The translations under genes and the position numbers were made by a program. A stretch of 46,416 nt of DNA, from the NCBI GenBank assembly GCA_964590955.1, contig CAZPYT010000004.1, forward strand, positions 1 to 46,416, given 5' to 3'. The notes beneath the pieces were generated by a model. That model was given only the letters and a program-made list of their open reading frames with translations, searched no databases and was not told the DNA's origin. The first letter of the stretch is position 1. Every line of letters starts with the position of its first letter. Source of the stretch: an uncultured Candidatus Saccharibacteria bacterium (GTDB lineage: Bacteria; Patescibacteriota; WWE3; UBA101185; UBA10185). Below are positions 1-8,002 of the stretch, piece by piece.

Positions 1-114
1 AATAAAAGTGCGGGAAGGCATCTCCATTTTGGCATTGCCTGTGATAACAACGGTTATTGGGAATATCTAAATCCTGAAGATCCTGACGTGATGGGTATTC
101 CAAGTACCAGATAA
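1..114 (+). CDS. 3' end of an unidentified CDS entering from upstream of the window (37 codons, ...DVMGIPSTR, TAA 112-114)
   Basis: Frame 1 is open from base 1 to TAA at 112-114. Too short to name. Confidence 0.3.
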   Translation, partial: NKSAGRHLHFGIACDNNGYWEYLNPEDPDVMGIPSTR

Positions 115-120
115 ATACAA

Positions 121-170
121 ATGACTCTCTATGAACTACACTAAATCAGTGCTATTCCGGAGAGTCATTT
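121..170. terminator. Weak hairpin between convergent genes
   Basis: ATGACTCTC (121-129) pairs with GAGAGTCAT (160-168), followed by TTTTCTT. The loop is about 30 nt, so this is a poor intrinsic terminator. Confidence 0.25.
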
Positions 171-203
171 TCTTATTCTCAGAATTATTACTTATTCCAA
201 CCA

Positions 204-2474
204 TCAGCTAACAATCAAAGGATCTTTATATTTTCTAGGCATATTCTGCCAGATCTCTTCGGTAACAAAAGGCATAAAGGGATGCAAAAGCTTTAAACAC
301 ATCAAAAATACGTGTCTTAGAATACTCAAAGATCTTTTTTTATCTTCAATGTTCTCGATATTTTTCACATGTTCTATATATTTATCTGCAACCTCATGCC
401 ACATAAACTGATAAACTAGCTCCCCGGCTTCATTGATTCTGTATTTTTTGAAATTACTGTTTACACCTTTCACCAATTTATCCAATCCTTTTAAGATTTC
501 TTTATCTTCAACGCTTTGCCCCTTTATATCGGTGTATCCGTCAAAATCAACACCTTCGCTATAATCTCCTATCATCAGCTTTATAAATCTAGCCATATTC
601 CAGATTTTGTTGGCAAAGTTTCTATAGCCTCGAACTTTGTCTTCACTTAAAGCTGTTGATTTTGCGGCAGTATTACCTCCAACCAATATGCCCATTCTTA
701 ATGCATCAGCACCATATTTTTCAATAAACTCTAAGGGATCAATTACGTTGCCTTTGCTCTTACTCATTTTCTGGCCTTTTTCGTCATTGATTCTGCCGTG
801 AATATAAACCTGTTTGTAGGGCACTTCTCCGGTTAGATAAAGGCTGAAAATGATCATTCTAACAATCCAGAAAAATAGTATATCCCACATTGAATCCATG
901 AAGCTTGTTGGAAAAAACTCTTTGAAATCCTTACCGTTGGGATAGTGTAATGTGGTTAAAGGCCATTGCCCTGAACTAAACCACGTATCGAAAGTATCAG
1001 TTTCTTGAATATAAGCATCGCCTAATGTACCGCGATCGATAACATATTTTAAACCTGCTTCAGCAATTAATTTTTGTAAACCATTTTTAATTTCCGCAAT
1101 GGAGTAGCCTTCTTCAAAATGCTTGGATAATAAACCTTCATGAGCTTCACCTTTTTTGTCTAGAAATACAGCGAATAGTTTATCTTCCTGGCCATTAATC
1201 TCGTACCAAACGGGTATTCTAATACCAAACACCGTCTGGCGGCTAATTGGCCAATCTCGCAGCTCTTTTAGCCAGCGTAATGTGTCTTTTTTCCAGATAG
1301 GTTTATTGTACTTAACTTTCTCGGATTCAACTGCGTTTATCGCCTTTTCGGACAGATTTATTTTTTTGTACTTCATGCTTATAAACCAGTTGGGCAGAAG
1401 CATAGGCTCAATAGGTTTATGGTCTTTGTAATCCACTAAAACGTTATGAGTGTATTTCTCGTCAATTTTTTCTATTAAACCCGCCGCCTGCAAATCCTCG
1501 ACAACTATTTTTCTGGCCTTGGTTACATAAAGGCCTGCATATTTACCACACAAAGCAGTTAACTTACCATCTAAGCCAATAACCTTTTTTATTTCAAGAT
1601 TGTGGCGTTTTCCTGCTTCAAAATCGTTTTGATCGTGTGCAGGAGTAACTTTTACTACGCCTGTACCAAATTTTGGGTCAACATAACCATCTCCGATTAC
1701 TTTTAGCTTGAACTTACCTAAAAGTCCTTCAACCTCAATTTCCTTACCAATCCACTCTTTGTACCTTTTGTCTTTTGGGTTAACAGCCACGGCGGTGTCT
1801 CCAAATTTAGTTTCGGGGCGTACTGTGGCTAAAACAAACGGTCCGTATTTAATGTAGTATAGGGGGTCGACTTGTTCTAACCATTCAGTCTCGAGATTAC
1901 TAAAAGTAGTGCCATGATAAGGCGAATAATTTACCAGATAATTGTCTTTGTAAATTAGTCCGTCTGCGTGCATTTTTTCAAAGGTGTTATACACGGTTTC
2001 TATAACATGAGGATCTAGCATGAAAACGTTTCGAGACCAGTCGGCACTCATTCCTAAACGTTTTAACTGCCCGGTAGCCAAGTCGGAGTTTTCTTTTACA
2101 AAAGCCAATACATTTTCATATAAAGTTTTGCTGTCAAAATCAAATCTGCTCTTACCTTCTTTTTTAAGTTTTCTTTCATATACAACTTGTGTTTCAAAAC
2201 CGGCATGGTCGGTACCAGGTACGTACAAGGTTTTATAACCCTGCATTCTACGCATACGAGCCATTACATCTTGTATTGCATAGGTGGCGTGACCACAATG
2301 CAAAGGAGCGTTAGCGTTAGGCGGAGGCATTAATACGCTAAATGTTTCTGATTTATTTTCTAATTTGTGCTGTTCTCGAAGCTTTAGAGCACCTTCAGGG
2401 GAAAATGCATCCAACTCCTCCCACATTTTATATATGCGCTCTTCTACTTCTTTGTGTTTAAATTGTTTTTCCAT
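204..2474 (-). CDS. valS: Valine--tRNA ligase (class I aaRS), short form lacking the C-terminal coiled coil
   Basis: PPPNANAPLHCGHA (ValRS-type HIGH region) and KMSKSKGN motifs. ATG start and TGA stop. Reading through the TGA would add only 3 codons. Confidence 0.9.
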   Translation of the reverse strand: MEKQFKHKEVEERIYKMWEELDAFSPEGALKLREQHKLENKSETFSVLMPPPNANAPLHCGHATYAIQDVMARMRRMQGYKTLYVPGTDHAGFETQVVYERKLKKEGKSRFDFDSKTLYENVLAFVKENSDLATGQLKRLGMSADWSRNVFMLDPHVIETVYNTFEKMHADGLIYKDNYLVNYSPYHGTTFSNLETEWLEQVDPLYYIKYGPFVLATVRPETKFGDTAVAVNPKDKRYKEWIGKEIEVEGLLGKFKLKVIGDGYVDPKFGTGVVKVTPAHDQNDFEAGKRHNLEIKKVIGLDGKLTALCGKYAGLYVTKARKIVVEDLQAAGLIEKIDEKYTHNVLVDYKDHKPIEPMLLPNWFISMKYKKINLSEKAINAVESEKVKYNKPIWKKDTLRWLKELRDWPISRQTVFGIRIPVWYEINGQEDKLFAVFLDKKGEAHEGLLSKHFEEGYSIAEIKNGLQKLIAEAGLKYVIDRGTLGDAYIQETDTFDTWFSSGQWPLTTLHYPNGKDFKEFFPTSFMDSMWDILFFWIVRMIIFSLYLTGEVPYKQVYIHGRINDEKGQKMSKSKGNVIDPLEFIEKYGADALRMGILVGGNTAAKSTALSEDKVRGYRNFANKIWNMARFIKLMIGDYSEGVDFDGYTDIKGQSVEDKEILKGLDKLVKGVNSNFKKYRINEAGELVYQFMWHEVADKYIEHVKNIENIEDKKRSLSILRHVFLMCLKLLHPFMPFVTEEIWQNMPRKYKDPLIVS

Positions 2475-2489
2475 AGTTCTATCGCATAG

Positions 2490-2547
2490 TTTTTAAATAA
2501 ATACTTTGCGTTTGGAAACCTGTTTCCAACGCAAGTATTTAAAAATT
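2490..2547. repeat. Palindromic element copy H1 (long AT-rich hairpin with GGAAAC/GTTTCC tip)
   Basis: AAATACTTTGCGTTTGGAAAC-CT-GTTTCCAACGCAAGTATTT. Its core is related to H2 and H3. Confidence 0.6.
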
Positions 2548-2580
2548 ATGCCCGGCTTTGTTTTATATAAATGGCGGATG

Positions 2581-2636
2581 TGTTTTTGAATTTGCATAGG
2601 AGACCTTGTCTCCATTTGCAAATTAATTCAAAAACA
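2581..2636. repeat. Palindromic element copy H2
   Basis: TGTTTTTGAATTTGCATAGGAGAC-CTT-GTCTCCATTTGCAAATTAATTCAAAAACA. Confidence 0.6.
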
Positions 2637-2654
2637 AAACCACTTATTTTATAC

Positions 2655-2880
2655 AAACAAAAAAGCCCTGCAACTTTTTACATTGTCAGGGTCTCACTAA
2701 AAAGCGGACGGTACCACCTGATACTTTTAACTTTTCTAAGCTATTACGGGCTTTTGTAGTTCCCGGCGGAATCTAATTGCTTTTTCAAGCGTTCTTTCTG
2801 CTGCGTCAGCTGATGACATTAATTCAGCTTCAAATGCATTTCTATGTTGGAATAATAACAAATAAGTGATAGTAAATAAA
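2655..2880 (-). promoter_or_regulatory. T-box leader (transcription attenuator) of valS
   Basis: On the minus strand: GGTGGTACC core (2718-2710); antiterminator helix A1 TCAGG/CCTGA; 7-nt bulge TGGTACC; helix A2 GTCCGC/GTGaGAC. The competing terminator is CCCTGaCAA/TTGCAGGG followed by TTTTTTGTTTG (plus-strand coordinates 2659-2691). Confidence 0.7.
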
Positions 2881-2886
2881 GATTTT

Positions 2887-2914
2887 ATTATAAAATGAAT
2901 TGATTATCCATCAA
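2887..2914 (-). promoter_or_regulatory. Sigma-70-type promoter for the valS leader
   Basis: On the minus strand: TTGATG (2914-2909), 16-nt spacer, TATAAT (2892-2887). Confidence 0.45.
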
Positions 2915-2928
2915 AAAACCTGTATATA
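2900..2928 (+). promoter_or_regulatory. Sigma-70-type promoter for the proS leader
   Basis: TTGATT (2900-2905), 17-nt spacer, TATATA (2923-2928). It overlaps the divergent valS promoter. Confidence 0.45.
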
Positions 2929-2935
2929 TAAACCT

Positions 2936-3225
2936 AGACACGCATTGAATAGGCATCCTACCTAGGAGCGTAAAAGGAAATTGGCTTTTTCCAACCCTTG
3001 GCCATATAACTTTTTTCTTAGCCTCAGAAGTCTACAAAGGGGCATCAATAAGGTTGCGTTGCAGTTTTTGTATTTGCATCGGATACAAGTTTCCGAATGC
3101 TAAATAAATAAAAAAACTGCCCAGCAACAAAGCAAGGTGGTACCACGAGCCAAATCCTCGTCCTTGTCAGGTCTTAGAGGTGAATTTATAAGATCTTTCA
3201 AGGCCGGGGATTTGAGTTTATTTAG
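2936..3225 (+). promoter_or_regulatory. T-box leader of proS
   Basis: GGTGGTACC at 3136-3144. Antiterminator: A1 CAAGG (3133-3137)/CCTTG (3162-3166), bulge TGGTACC (3138-3144), A2 ACGAG (3145-3149)/CTCGT (3157-3161). The alternative helix pairs CCTCGTCCTTG (3156-3166) with CAAGGCCGGGG (3199-3209), followed by a T-rich tract, then AAGGG and ATG 3240. Confidence 0.75.
3053..3128. repeat. Palindromic element copy H3, at the Stem III position of the proS T-box
   Basis: GTTGC..GCAGTTTTTGTATTTGCATCGGA-TACAAGT-TTCCGAATGCTAAATA..AAAAACTGC..GCAAC. The reverse complement of its core matches the H1 core at about 19 of 25 positions by eye. Confidence 0.55.
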
Positions 3226-3239
3226 TAAAGGGTATTACA

Positions 3240-4934
3240 ATGCTTTATTCAAAACTGGTTGGAAAAACCGAAAAAAATGCTATCAGAGATGCCACAGCTA
3301 CATCTCATAAATTAATGTACCGTGCAGGTCTTATCAGACAAGTTGCCGCCGGCAGATATGCTTATTTACCTCTTGGACAAATGGTCATAAATAAAATCCA
3401 AAAAATAATTGAAAACGAAATGCAAAGTGTTGGATCGCAGCAAATTGATACGCCGACTCTTCAACCAATAGAACTTTGGAAAAAAACAAACCGCGACTCA
3501 GCCTTTGGTGCAGAAATGCATATTGTCGAGGACCATCATGGCGCAACCTTTGCTATGGGTGCTACTGCAGAAGGCCTTATAACTGAATTGATTTCCTCAT
3601 TAAAGCCTTCTTATAAAGAGTTACCGATGTACGTACATCAGTTCTCTTCAAAGTTCCGCGATGAAAAACGACCGCAAGGCGGGCTTTTACGCGTTCGGGA
3701 GTTTATTATGAAGGATGCCTATTCCTTCGACATCTCAGAAGAAGCCTTGCACGAAACTTATCAAAAGTTTTACGAAGCATATGTAAGAATTTCAAAAAGA
3801 TTCGGCTTAAAAGCCTATCCGGTTTTAGCCGACAGCGGGGCTATAGGCGGAGATTACAACCACGAATTTATTGTAGAATCTTCAGCCGGAGAGGGCGAGG
3901 CATTTTTGTGCGACGCTTGCGATTATGCAGCACATATAGACCGAGCTGAATCAGGCGTCGAAGAGTTTTCACAAGATAAGGAACTTAAGGAAGTAAAAGA
4001 ATACTGGAATGATGAAGTAAAAACTTGCGCACTGTTAGCTCAAGCAATGAAAATTCCAATATATGAAACTACAAAAACTATTTTGTTTGAAACAGAAAAC
4101 GGGTTTGTAGCAGCCATGGTTCGAGGTGACTATGATGTCAATGAAGCTAAATTAAAGCGCTACCTCAAAATAAACAAGCTGGAATTAGCCAAGGAAGAAG
4201 ACGTTGAAAGGCTGACGGGTGCCAAAGTGGGTTTTGCCGGACCGGTAAATCTGTCAAAAGAAGTAAAAGTTGTGGCGGACCTTACTTGTCAAAATAGGAC
4301 AAATTTTGAGGCTGGTGGAAATAAAACAGGCCTCCATTTGTACAACTTAAATTACGAAAGAGACTTTCCTACGCCACAATTTGCGGATATCAGAGTGGCT
4401 GCTGAGGGCGATACTTGTCCTGCGTGTAAAAAAGGTCAGCTAAAAACACTAATAGGCATAGAGTTTGGCCACTGTTTCAAATTAGATCAGTTTTATTCAA
4501 AACCACATGACGGCTATTTTACAGACAAAGACGGAACACAAAAACACTTTTGGATGGGATCATACGGAATCGGGTTAGGTAGAGCTATGGCTACAATCGT
4601 TGAAACAAACAATGATGAAAAAGGCATCATCTGGCCGGAAGAAGTTGCACCGTTTAAAATCCACCTGGTGGTATTAAAACCTGAAAATAATGAGGTTATG
4701 AATAACGCGCAAAATGTTTATAGCCTGCTACAAAATAAAGGGTTTGAAGTTTTAATGGATGACCGTGAGGCTGTTTCCGCGGGGGCTAAGTTTGCCGATG
4801 CAGATTTGTTAGGCATACCCTATCGACTTGTAATATCTGAAAAAACAGGCAATAAAATAGAAATTAAAAAACGAAGTGAAAATGAGTCTAAGCTAGTGGA
4901 ACTCACTGAGATAATAGATCTTTTAAGTGCTTAA
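3240..4934 (+). CDS. proS: Proline--tRNA ligase, bacterial type with inserted editing domain
   Basis: N-terminus SHKLMYRAGLIRQVAAGRYAYLPLG, class II aaRS core, and a C-terminal anticodon-binding region (GIPYRLVISEK). Confidence 0.92.
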   Translation: MLYSKLVGKTEKNAIRDATATSHKLMYRAGLIRQVAAGRYAYLPLGQMVINKIQKIIENEMQSVGSQQIDTPTLQPIELWKKTNRDSAFGAEMHIVEDHHGATFAMGATAEGLITELISSLKPSYKELPMYVHQFSSKFRDEKRPQGGLLRVREFIMKDAYSFDISEEALHETYQKFYEAYVRISKRFGLKAYPVLADSGAIGGDYNHEFIVESSAGEGEAFLCDACDYAAHIDRAESGVEEFSQDKELKEVKEYWNDEVKTCALLAQAMKIPIYETTKTILFETENGFVAAMVRGDYDVNEAKLKRYLKINKLELAKEEDVERLTGAKVGFAGPVNLSKEVKVVADLTCQNRTNFEAGGNKTGLHLYNLNYERDFPTPQFADIRVAAEGDTCPACKKGQLKTLIGIEFGHCFKLDQFYSKPHDGYFTDKDGTQKHFWMGSYGIGLGRAMATIVETNNDEKGIIWPEEVAPFKIHLVVLKPENNEVMNNAQNVYSLLQNKGFEVLMDDREAVSAGAKFADADLLGIPYRLVISEKTGNKIEIKKRSENESKLVELTEIIDLLSA

Positions 4935-5466
4935 ATAGGGTTTCGTAAACACGTTCGTCCGTGGTAGCCGGAATTGCAATATTAACATTTAATTTTGGCG
5001 AACTTACCGTGGCTCGCGACTCTTTCCTATCTACATTTACGGGTGAAGGCGATTTAAAACCTGCTATTCTGCATAAATACAAAAAGGTAGACGCATACTG
5101 AGTTGATACAGCGGTAGAAGAACCGCTTAAGCGCCCAAAATATCCAGCCAGCGTACTACTTGGCACATTTGACACGTTTGCATCTGCTTCAAATAATTCT
5201 TTGTATATTTCAGTAATTCTAACTGATAGAAATTTATTAAAACTGCCTTTATCCTTAATTTCAAAATAACTTTTAGTAGGATGTCCCATTATATCCAGCA
5301 GACCCAGTGCCTTTAAAAAAGGAATAAGTTCTCTATCTGACGAACTGGCAAATCCTATACCGGACAAATATCTGTATGTAAATTTAGCGGGAGCTTCGAT
5401 ATCGGCAAGAATACTAAACAATGCATCAGCCTTATCTAAGTTAGTTAACAACGGAAAAGCGTACAT
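4903..5466 (-). CDS. Hypothetical protein (reminiscent of DUF5343-type proteins; low confidence)
   Basis: 187-aa ORF with ATG start. Its 3' end overlaps the proS 3' end by 32 nt (convergent genes). No catalytic motif recognised. Confidence 0.5.
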   Translation of the reverse strand: MYAFPLLTNLDKADALFSILADIEAPAKFTYRYLSGIGFASSSDRELIPFLKALGLLDIMGHPTKSYFEIKDKGSFNKFLSVRITEIYKELFEADANVSNVPSSTLAGYFGRLSGSSTAVSTQYASTFLYLCRIAGFKSPSPVNVDRKESRATVSSPKLNVNIAIPATTDERVYETLFKHLKDLLSQ

Positions 5467-5540
5467 GTATACAAGTTTTCCACATTAAAAGTCCGCGTGT
5501 CAATACTCGGCACGTTGTGCCTTTGTATCAGCCTTCTGTG

Positions 5541-6569
5541 TCATTTGTGGCTGTGGATAACTTTTGGATAAGTGTCCATTATGCTTAAAGAAGGTTGAGG
5601 CTGCACATCAAAGCCACTAACATAACAACGATTAAAAAAAGCGGCACTGGCAATATAGGCTGCTGAGTCCCCACAGTATTTGATATCCGGATAAAAATTG
5701 TTAACGCCCAGTACTGCTGCTTCCACATCTATTCGAGCGCGTAGTTGCGTATTTGCGGAAACACCGCCACCCAAAATTATAGAAGAAACTTGATATTCTT
5801 TGGCAGCACGAATAGTCTTGGCAACAAGTACATCTATTACTGCATTTTCAAATTCACAAGCAAGCGCAGCGTTGTCACTATCAGAATAGTTTCTTATAGC
5901 TGTTTTTAAACCGGAAAAAGAAAAGTCATAGTTATCTCTATCGAGCATGGGACGGGGTAACTTGCCTACCAAGGAATTATGCGTGCATGTAGAAGCAAGC
6001 TTAGATAGAACCACACCTCCTAAATATTTAGATATACCCAAAACACGAGCTACCTTATCAAAAGCCTCACCGGCGGCATCATCTAAAGTTCCGCCTAAAA
6101 ACTCAAAATGCATATGATCTTTCATAAGAATAAGATCGGTATGACCGCCGCTTACTATCAAAACTACAGCCGGAAATTTGATTTCTTCAACTCTAGGATT
6201 ATTAATAAAGCTACCGTATATGTGACCAACCAAATGATTAACAGCAATTAATGGTTTTTTCCAAACTAGCGAGAGGGCTTTAGCGGCTTCAATACCAACT
6301 ATCAGCGAGCCTATCAGTCCCGGACCACAAGTGATAGCAATTGCATCAATTTCTTCCGGAGCAGTTATATTCGATTTTTTTATACAGTCTTCAATGACAG
6401 GGACAATACTCTCAACTTGTTTACGTGCAGCAACTTCAGGAACAACACCACCGGTCAGCTCATGCATTTCTGCAGAAGTGGCTGTAGTTGTCGACAACTC
6501 ATGAACGCCATCCTTAACTATAGAACAGGAAGTTTCATCGCATGATGTTTCTATGGCTAATATATTCAT
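5541..6569 (-). CDS. tsaD: tRNA N6-adenosine threonylcarbamoyltransferase TsaD (Kae1/Gcp family)
   Basis: ILAIETSCDETS N-terminus and the HxxGH metal motif (NHLVGHIY). The longest ORF begins with TTG at 6575; ATG at 6569 is preferred. Confidence 0.9.
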   Translation of the reverse strand: MNILAIETSCDETSCSIVKDGVHELSTTTATSAEMHELTGGVVPEVAARKQVESIVPVIEDCIKKSNITAPEEIDAIAITCGPGLIGSLIVGIEAAKALSLVWKKPLIAVNHLVGHIYGSFINNPRVEEIKFPAVVLIVSGGHTDLILMKDHMHFEFLGGTLDDAAGEAFDKVARVLGISKYLGGVVLSKLASTCTHNSLVGKLPRPMLDRDNYDFSFSGLKTAIRNYSDSDNAALACEFENAVIDVLVAKTIRAAKEYQVSSIILGGGVSANTQLRARIDVEAAVLGVNNFYPDIKYCGDSAAYIASAAFFNRCYVSGFDVQPQPSLSIMDTYPKVIHSHK

Positions 6570-6581
6570 ATACAAATAGGT

Positions 6582-7919
6582 TTATCTTGACAGCTCTTCT
6601 TTGAGTCCCTTTAAGGCTTCTTCGACAGAAAATCTACTTCCGCTGTTGAGAATATTACTTATGGAATCGCCTAGGCTAGTGACGTGTCTCCTGTTTCCTG
6701 CCCTATTGGCTAAAACGTTTGTTGTAGCAAAGGGTGCCGTCTGTAAAGCAGGTGCAATGTAGGGATTAGATGCCAACTGGCTTGCCATACTCACACGGCT
6801 GAAGGGAGCACCATAAACTCTAAACTTAGTAGATTCACTGTATGCCTGAGCTTGCTGTTCTTCATCAGCCATAAATTTCAAAAACGCCCACGAAGCTTTT
6901 GGATTTTTGCTTGATAGCGGAACTACATCAACCCAATAGGTTGCCCATGCAGCAGGATTATCCGCAGATGCTTGAGGTACAGGGGCAACACCAATATTCA
7001 TCTCGGGATGAGCGGTTACAATATCAAGTAAATTCCACACAGGAACGAATATCATAGAAACTTTACCTTGAGAAAAAGCAACGGAAGCTTCAGGCATACC
7101 ATCCGACCAAACACGGTCCTCTCTGGCAAAATTTAGATAGAAAGAAAGAGCATCTTGAGCAGCTTTACCATCGACATCAGCCGGAACTTTCACGCCGGCT
7201 TGTGCAAAAAGCAAACCTATAATATCGGAAAAGAAATCAATATTTGAGGAAGTTCCTATAGCAGCCCCGCCTCTGACAAGATTATTACCGTCTCCGCGTA
7301 CAGTAAGCTGCAAAGCAATACGTCTAAATTCCTCCCAAGCGGTAGGTGCTTCGGTTTGGCCAATTTCTTCAAAGTGATCTTTATTGTAAACAAGCACTAG
7401 GCCGTCATAATAAGTGGGCAATCCATAAATCTGACCGTTTCTAACAAGGTTTTCTGTAGCAGATGGGTAGAATGTGCGAGCAAAAGTTTCAGCATCCATC
7501 ATTCCTTCGGGCATAGGTACTAAAGAATTTGCTAAACTGGGAATCCAGCTTATATGAACTCTCATTATATCAGGGCCTGTCTCATCCGTAGCTCTGGAAT
7601 AAGCGCGCTCCTTATACTCAACTAGGGGCTTAATAACAGATCTGTCATCGTAGTTAATGGTTACATCCGGGTTCTGCTCTTTAAATTTCTCAATCATGGC
7701 GTTAACTACGTCGGTGTTTTCCCAAAGTCCCCAAATAGTAAGATTTGCAGAACCTACTGATTCAACACCGCTGCCTCCACCGCCATTACCTCCAAAAAAC
7801 TGGCCGACAAATGGAACGTCCGCAAGGGTGCACGCAGTCAAGAACAGGGGCAACGTCAAAACAAAAGCAATAGTCAGGAATTTATTTTTAGCATATCCGG
7901 AGCAGAATCTCATTTTCAT
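6582..7919 (-). CDS. Extracellular solute-binding lipoprotein (ABC-type, family 1, sugar-type) without adjacent permease or ATPase genes
   Basis: Lipobox LFLTAC follows MKMRF...; Gly-rich linker GGNGGGGSG; SBP-like body. The internal ATG at 7919 is preferred over GTG at 8015, which would overlap the upstream gene. Confidence 0.7.
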   Translation of the reverse strand: MKMRFCSGYAKNKFLTIAFVLTLPLFLTACTLADVPFVGQFFGGNGGGGSGVESVGSANLTIWGLWENTDVVNAMIEKFKEQNPDVTINYDDRSVIKPLVEYKERAYSRATDETGPDIMRVHISWIPSLANSLVPMPEGMMDAETFARTFYPSATENLVRNGQIYGLPTYYDGLVLVYNKDHFEEIGQTEAPTAWEEFRRIALQLTVRGDGNNLVRGGAAIGTSSNIDFFSDIIGLLFAQAGVKVPADVDGKAAQDALSFYLNFAREDRVWSDGMPEASVAFSQGKVSMIFVPVWNLLDIVTAHPEMNIGVAPVPQASADNPAAWATYWVDVVPLSSKNPKASWAFLKFMADEEQQAQAYSESTKFRVYGAPFSRVSMASQLASNPYIAPALQTAPFATTNVLANRAGNRRHVTSLGDSISNILNSGSRFSVEEALKGLKEELSR

Positions 7920-7944
7920 AGCAATATTTTTATTATAGGCAGAT

Positions 7945-7960
7945 TTGTGGCAATCCACAA
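7945..7960. promoter_or_regulatory. Inverted repeat TTGTGG-CAAT-CCACAA upstream of the solute-binding protein gene
   Basis: Perfect 6-bp arms lie 26-41 nt upstream of ATG 7919. A second AATCCACAA copy is at about 8008-8016. Confidence 0.2.
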
Positions 7961-8002
7961 GATCACTAATCAATTGTAGAGAAAAACACAACAAATAACG
8001 GT

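Noticed and set aside
195-206. Possible TGA recoding that would explain the short ValRS.
   Set aside because: Reading through TGA 206-204 adds only W-L-E before a TAA. The enzyme is genuinely short, and other genes also end in TGA with sensible C-termini.
2736-2819. A 27-codon minus-strand ORF (MSSADAAERTLEKAIRFRRELQKPVIA) in the valS leader.
   Set aside because: It lies inside the Stem I-III region of the T-box leader and has no Shine-Dalgarno sequence. It is most simply a chance ORF; T-box control does not need a leader peptide.
5552-5571. A perfect DnaA box TGTGGATAA and a one-mismatch copy TTTGGATAA.
   Set aside because: Both lie inside the last codons of tsaD, with no AT-rich unwinding region nearby. 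They are most likely chance or titration sites, not an origin.
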